Shown one piece after another: positions 59,601 through 64,000 of a stretch of DNA of 64,000 bases. A program made the position numbers and the translations under genes. Under the pieces are notes generated by a model. It saw only the letters and a program-made list of their open reading frames with translations. It had not been told where the DNA came from and did not search any database. How positions within the stretch are numbered: the stretch's first letter is position 1; every line of letters begins with the position of its first letter. The DNA is from a virus, in the IMG/VR virus record IMGVR_UViG_3300035665_003403, positions 1-64,000 of that record; one strand, written 5' to 3'.

Positions 59601-61226
59601 AACAACAATATTTCCATTTGAATCAATACCTAAATTATTAACTGATGAACCACCACCAAGTGTCTTGATATTAAAACTATCAACATATGTTGTGTTATTG
59701 GTTAAACCAGTTATATTAGCACCTAACACAATTGTATTTATACCACCAGCGGTACTACCACTTCCATGTACAAACGATGTTAACCCACTAGCTATTGTAT
59801 TTGCACCACCAGCGTGTGAATAATCACCACTCGCTCTTGTATTTGACCCTTCAGCATGACTCGATAAACCATTAGCTATTGTATTATCACCTTCAGCATG
59901 TGATGTAACACCACTAGCTATTGTGTTACCACCTTCACTATGTGAATAACTACCAAAAGCTGTTGTATATGACCCCTCAGCATGTGATGCTAAACCAATT
60001 GCTGTTGTAAAAGCACCTTCAGCAAATGAATAATCACCAGAAGCAACTATATTTGTGTTATTATTTGATTTTATAGAATATAAACCAGTAGAACCAGTAA
60101 ACCCAGTAAAACCAATATTGGTTGAAAAACCACTTACGTTAAAAGTACCACCTGTGTTGTTTGTGAATATTGTAGTACCACCAGAATATGTTCCACCAGT
60201 AACATAAATATCCTGAGGTAATCCCTGATATGTTGTTGCAGATATTGATGTTCCAGTTAAACCATGAACACCTAAATCAACACCTCTAGTTGCGCCACTA
60301 TATGGTATGAAATTACTTGTATCAACTTGAGCAGAAGGAAAACTTAAACGTGAGTTAGTATTATCATCAATTCTAACTGTAACATTACCAGTTGAAGTAA
60401 CCATCTTAGCATATATCTTAACAACTAATCTATCAGTTGAATTAAGATATATATTATTAGATGAAACACTAAATGTTAAATTTATTTGTAATAACGCATT
60501 TAAATTAGATTGATTAGATGTGTCAGAAGATAATAAAATAGTTTCATTACCAATTAAATCTAATTTAGATAAAGTTGCAAATGTAAAATAATATGCACTA
60601 CCAGAAACTTTTTGAATTTCAAAATGTAAATCAATTTCACCAGATGGTATAACCGTTAAATTAGGATTATAAATATCAGTGACAAATTGACCAACGATTG
60701 TAGAAGCTGTGGTTATTGTAGTTGTTATCAAAGCAACTGGTCCAACAATATATTCGTTTAAACTAACCAATTTATTATAACCAGCAATATCAGTAGCCCC
60801 ACTTACAAGCATATAAGTTGATATTCCGTTAGCTGAATTAGTGAACCCAGTTATAGGTATACTAACATTATCATTTCTTACTAACGTAAGTGTTTGACCA
60901 GAATAAGTTCCACCTGTAACATATATGTCCGTAGATGATGTACCAGTACTAAATCCAGATACATTAAATGTACCACCTGTATTGTTTGTAAATATAGCTG
61001 TACCATTACTATAAGTACCACCTGTAACAAACACATCAGTGAAAGTTTGTCCAGTACTAAACCCAGTTACATTAAATGTTCCACCTGTGTTGTTTGTAAA
61101 TATAGCTGTACCATTACTGTAAGTTCCTCCTGTAACATATATATCAACACCACCAGTATCACCAGAAATCAATGGTTGAATAATATATGTTTGATTAATA
61201 TTTGATGTATTGTTATTATTAATCAT
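56649..61226 (-). CDS. Long fibre/adhesin-like protein with VTGGT modules and two YadA-head-like (SHAEG) repeat tracts
   Basis: 1525 aa; 8 x D.xxTGGTY....T..F[TS]NNTGGTF.V.GF, 2-3 x ...TLTL.RND variants, and two tracts of 14-aa ASG..SHAEG..T repeats. Confidence 0.8.
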   Translation of the reverse strand: MINNNNTSNINQTYIIQPLISGDTGGVDIYVTGGTYSNGTAIFTNNTGGTFNVTGFSTGQTFTDVFVTGGTYSNGTAIFTNNTGGTFNVSGFSTGTSSTDIYVTGGTYSGQTLTLVRNDNVSIPITGFTNSANGISTYMLVSGATDIAGYNKLVSLNEYIVGPVALITTTITTASTIVGQFVTDIYNPNLTVIPSGEIDLHFEIQKVSGSAYYFTFATLSKLDLIGNETILLSSDTSNQSNLNALLQINLTFSVSSNNIYLNSTDRLVVKIYAKMVTSTGNVTVRIDDNTNSRLSFPSAQVDTSNFIPYSGATRGVDLGVHGLTGTSISATTYQGLPQDIYVTGGTYSGGTTIFTNNTGGTFNVSGFSTNIGFTGFTGSTGLYSIKSNNNTNIVASGDYSFAEGAFTTAIGLASHAEGSYTTAFGSYSHSEGGNTIASGVTSHAEGDNTIANGLSSHAEGSNTRASGDYSHAGGANTIASGLTSFVHGSGSTAGGINTIVLGANITGLTNNTTYVDSFNIKTLGGGSSVNNLGIDSNGNIVVGTSSSNFTGGTIIGATQFTNGLTANTMSATTYFGLPLDVFATGLTLNLSNYDLILTRNDGVSLTTNLGLLSSDVTITGGTYNPNNGVITFSNNTGGTFSVSGFSSGMTDTTITNFTYNNNRFTITDSSGGTFSSNINSVTGLTSNGTISSNILSATTYQGLPLDIKVTGGTYSNGSTIFTNNTGGTFTVNGFYTGFTGGVVSGLTAVTISATTYQNLPLDIKVTGGTYNAGTATFTNNTGGTFTVNGFSTAINFTGGTVTGPTQFTSGLTANTFSASTYLGLPIDIRVTGGTYSNGTATFTNNTGGTFNVSGFSTGGGGGQLFYFNISQSKNSNRYLSTTGSTASEQSTGTTIGVGATETIASFQSDQLNKTLIPGGIWSFYLHSYKENNNAAFNIFVEVYKLTSGGTSTLLFTTDPTPVTTNSPTPSMQLSDAYFSGSPITVTDSIVALVRATNTSNQSHTITFFTEGSQHYSYVVSSLPTQQGLTCDNLSDCSTIQTIKSDILSKLSTSGGTITGNLTVNGSLSASTYLGLPLDIRVTGGTYSNGTATFTNNTGGTFNVSGFSTGGTGTDIYVTGGTLDGQTLTLRRNDNNDVVITGFTTGTTSSDIYWSSGSSGDYSVKIVNDSTTDATGNYAVAAGLNNQSIGIGSFTMGHDNVARDSYNAAFGFSNSVSGITSFAAGNSLDVAAINAAAFGFNNRVTSDGGFAAGYNNIVGGLTSAAFGNGNDISGNDAGVFGNTNIVSGNYSFATGRNNTVTGSDSFSEGKSNTVSGNVSHAEGDQNTSSGLASHAEGSGNIASGDGSHVEGALNTSSGQNSHAGGNLSVASGLNSFVHGSGSTAIGVSTIVLGSNLTGTSDNTTYVDALNIKTIGGNSVSNLGIDVNNFVTVIVNETGTTSVNFGAAISGETSFTTVTVSSTTVTDLSNIVLTIISSTNHPDIEDSMIDGVVLSKSDIVDNVSFNINAFSSEGTWGVYNIKYLILN
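57898..58736. repeat. Exact 86-bp direct repeats (57898-57983 and 58651-58736)
   Basis: Base-by-base identical: CCACCAGTTGAAAACCCACTTACATTAAATGTACCACCTG...GAATAGGTACCTCCAGT. Confidence 0.9.
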
Positions 61227-61228
61227 GA

Positions 61229-62284
61229 TTACCTTGCATTACCAACTAATTGAAATCTACCTATATCTAAATTACCCTTGCTTATTGATATAGTTACCAC
61301 TTGATTTTGATTTATGTTTATTGGTGATACTAACACCGTACCATCAAAAACTGAAACACCATCTACCCTTATAATAATTCTACTTATATTTGAAATGTTA
61401 ATCAAAGAATTAAAAACTAAGTCATATTCACAAGTAAAATTAAATGTTTGGATGGTACTTGGATTAAAAACAAAGGTATATGTAATTACATTGTTATTTT
61501 CATTCCTATCAAACAAAATATTCCTATTATAAGCACCATCTTCTTCAACTTCTTGACTCAGCAATGCTCTATTCAATGATGGTATAACTTTATATTCCTT
61601 TTCATCCAACAAATAACCAGCCAATTTAATTTCATACATTTGTTGGTAGTATCTTCTTTCAGAAAATTCTTGAATGTTTGATTCATCAGAGTTATTTTCA
61701 ATTGTAAGTGGCATTGGATGACCTTTAGGTGATATATAATACTGTCTAGCATTGAATGAAATTTTCATTTTCTCATGAAACTCATTCAATTCAACCATCT
61801 TATTACTAAAAAACCTAACTTCGTAAATCAAATCAATCGCTGTTGGTTGTGGTATCTGATATAAATCAACCCCTTTCCTTGCTCCATCAAATGTTGGAAC
61901 TTTCATTATTGTCCAAGTCCTTTCACCAGGTATATTCCATAACCCAGCTTGATTTGTACCTTCTTGTGGGTCTGGTTTCCTAACTATAGTCACAAAAGGT
62001 AATTTAATATTCTTATCAATATCCGATACATCCCAAGTTTTAGTAAATTGACTCCATCTTTGAATAGTCAAAAATATTACTGGAACATTAACCCCATTTA
62101 ATGTCAACCCTAAATTAGTCTTAAATTCATCAATAACACTTGAATCCATATCTGATATCATAACTCCACGAGGCAAAAACCCTTGATGGTCAACAATACC
62201 ATCAAACAACTCTTGACGTTTCTCAACACCAATTTTGCTTGGATTTATATTTAAATTATTTCTGAAATTCTTAGGTACAGCCAT
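61229..62284 (-). CDS. Tail terminator / neck protein (T4 gp15-like) with C-terminal beta domain
   Basis: 351 aa; VPVIF...QRW...IKLPFVTIVR...IPQPTAIDLIYEV...ERRYY...IKLAGYLL; next to a neck-like gene. Confidence 0.6.
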   Translation of the reverse strand: MAVPKNFRNNLNINPSKIGVEKRQELFDGIVDHQGFLPRGVMISDMDSSVIDEFKTNLGLTLNGVNVPVIFLTIQRWSQFTKTWDVSDIDKNIKLPFVTIVRKPDPQEGTNQAGLWNIPGERTWTIMKVPTFDGARKGVDLYQIPQPTAIDLIYEVRFFSNKMVELNEFHEKMKISFNARQYYISPKGHPMPLTIENNSDESNIQEFSERRYYQQMYEIKLAGYLLDEKEYKVIPSLNRALLSQEVEEDGAYNRNILFDRNENNNVITYTFVFNPSTIQTFNFTCEYDLVFNSLINISNISRIIIRVDGVSVFDGTVLVSPININQNQVVTISISKGNLDIGRFQLVGNAR

Positions 62285-62286
62285 TA

Positions 62287-62805
62287 TTATTTAGTATTAA
62301 ATTCTGATTCATCCACTGGGGCACAAGTTACAGTTCTTGATGCTTTTTTAAATCCTAATATTGTATGTTTGCTATCAAAATTCTTAATTCCGTTATTAAC
62401 AACTGAATAAGTTCTAAATTCAGTTTCACTAATTTGGTAAGACACATAATCACCAAGGTTGATTTCAACCCCCAATTCAATCAATTGTTGCTCAAAAATA
62501 CCAAAAACAAATGGCTTATCTTGAATATCCATCATAGTTCCATTTGGGTTAAAAGACTTCGCTTCAGGTTCTTCAATTATCGGCTGCACCTTCAATTCAA
62601 CTGGTGGCAAAAATTGAATCCCATCTTCAACTGATTCACCATATAAATCGTCATATTGTGTCGTAACCCTATCAACTCTATATAATATGACAGTATAATT
62701 ACCATCACCCTCAATGGCTTCACGGCTCATACTTATCTCTAAATTAAAATCTTCACTAGAGAAAAATTTATTTACACGATTTATAGGAATAATAGGTTTA
62801 TTCAT
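62287..62805 (-). CDS. Neck / head-closure protein (T4 gp14-like)
   Basis: 172 aa; VILYRVD...YDDLYGE...FLPPVEL...INLGDYV. Confidence 0.6.
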   Translation of the reverse strand: MNKPIIPINRVNKFFSSEDFNLEISMSREAIEGDGNYTVILYRVDRVTTQYDDLYGESVEDGIQFLPPVELKVQPIIEEPEAKSFNPNGTMMDIQDKPFVFGIFEQQLIELGVEINLGDYVSYQISETEFRTYSVVNNGIKNFDSKHTILGFKKASRTVTCAPVDESEFNTK

Positions 62806-62916
62806 GAGTTTTATATATAAATATAGCTATTGACTTTTAAAACAAAAATAACCATATTTAAATTAAAAATTTAAAAGTCAATATTTGACATAAAGAAAAA
62901 TAAATTTTAACACAAA

Positions 62917-64000
62917 TTGATACAATTAAATGATATAAAATCAAAGAAAGCAATTATTCTACTATCTAATTATAGTGGGATAAACCCATATATCTTACAA
63001 TTAAAGAATAAATTAGCTACTAATGGTAAGTTACTATTAACCGAAAATCAAACCAACTATATTATCGAAAATGATAAAACTCAACCAATATTTATAAACA
63101 AAATATTATCTATAACACCATTTTTGGGGGAATCACTTAAAAAAGAGTTTGAATTAAGCTTTACCCCAGAAAAATTATTAGCCGAATACATATTAGCTGA
63201 CAACAATAAAACAATCCACATTTACGGAAAACTAACCAAGAATCAAAAAACATCAACAATGTTTTTCATTCCAAAAAATCAGTTGATAACTGACCCTTAT
63301 TTTGATGAAATTGATGTTGATGTTGATTTTGAAAAATATGATAATATTTTAGCCAAATATGGTAAAAATTTATTCGAACACCAAAAATCTGGTATTAAAT
63401 TCTTGTTAGGTAGAAAAGGAGCTATCTTAGCTGACGAAATGGGACTCGCAAAAACGGCCCAATCAATAATATCAGCACTTGAAAGTGGTTGTAAAAAAAT
63501 ATTAGTTATTTGTCCAGCATCAGTAAAGATAAATTGGAAAAGGGAAATTGAAATTTTCGATAAAAATGTATCAATAGTTGATGGTAATCGTTGGGTTGAT
63601 AATAAATTTACGATTGTAAATTTTGATATACTTAAAAATTTCCACACTATTGAAGATAAAAAAATTGAATTTCAAATTTTAAAAAGAACAATTCTTGATA
63701 CAAAATTTGATGCTATTATTATTGATGAAGCACATTATTTAAAAGATAGCAACACAATTAGAGGTGGTATTGTTAATGATTTGATTAAACTAAACGATTT
63801 TAAAAGAATTTGGTTGTTAACTGGAACCCCAGTAGCCAACAGACCAATAGATTTTTTTAATTTACTTAAGATGATTAAATCACCATTAGGTGATAATTGG
63901 ATGTTTTTTTCTAAGCGTTATTGTGATGCTAAAAAAATGTATAGAACCATGAAAAATGGTAAAAAGAAACAGTTATGGATTAATAGCGGAGCCTCAAACT
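62917..64000 (+). CDS. SNF2-family helicase/ATPase, truncated by the window edge
   Basis: Not in the ORF track. Open frame from TTG at 62917: LFEHQKSGIKFL, GAILADEMGLAKT, LVICPASVKINWKREI, IIDEAHYLK, LLTGTPVANRPIDFFNLL. Confidence 0.9.
   Translation, partial: MIQLNDIKSKKAIILLSNYSGINPYILQLKNKLATNGKLLLTENQTNYIIENDKTQPIFINKILSITPFLGESLKKEFELSFTPEKLLAEYILADNNKTIHIYGKLTKNQKTSTMFFIPKNQLITDPYFDEIDVDVDFEKYDNILAKYGKNLFEHQKSGIKFLLGRKGAILADEMGLAKTAQSIISALESGCKKILVICPASVKINWKREIEIFDKNVSIVDGNRWVDNKFTIVNFDILKNFHTIEDKKIEFQILKRTILDTKFDAIIIDEAHYLKDSNTIRGGIVNDLIKLNDFKRIWLLTGTPVANRPIDFFNLLKMIKSPLGDNWMFFSKRYCDAKKMYRTMKNGKKKQLWINSGASN

Noticed and set aside
717-62634. Numerous 60-160 aa ORFs nested in or antisense to long genes
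   Set aside because: They lie wholly within well-supported genes, have shadow-type composition and show no recognisable motifs.
63297-63647. 116-aa minus-strand ORF
   Set aside because: Antisense shadow of the plus-strand SNF2 helicase, which carries the conserved motifs.
17-64000. Stop-codon reassignment
   Set aside because: The standard code gives full-length, tightly packed genes, and TAG (25225, 42340) and TGA (22085, 44594) serve as real stops.
1-64000. tRNA/rRNA genes
   Set aside because: Intergenic gaps are short and AT-rich; no cloverleaf or T-loop (GTTCRA) context was recognised in them.

Overview
A 64-kb, very AT-rich, gene-dense segment of a large contractile-tailed (myovirus/jumbo-type) bacteriophage genome, almost all on the minus strand. 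Read in transcription direction (right to left): neck/tail-terminator genes, repeat-built fibre/appendage proteins, tail sheath, tail tube plus a divergent tube paralogue, two free-standing homing endonucleases, a tail-assembly chaperone pair with an apparent +1 frameshift, tape measure, a 409-bp non-coding origin-like region, baseplate hub genes with cell-wall domains, a lambda-R-like lysozyme, an embedded replication/recombination operon (SSB, RecA, 5'-3' exonuclease, DnaB, NrdB, NrdA), and baseplate wedge/peripheral proteins. A plus-strand SNF2 helicase runs off the right edge. TTG-N19-TAnnTTTG promoters point to a Bacteroidota host (inference). The most notable signals are: a [ST]-G-x-[ST] motif confined to predicted surface-exposed virion proteins (possible modification sequon); a TATTTAT putative late-promoter motif; the +1 frameshift; repeat-flanked fibre modules; a promoter firing into a 12-bp tandem array; and a set of putative head-packaged cargo proteins. 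All product calls come from motif recognition by eye, and all counts are manual; no database search was run.
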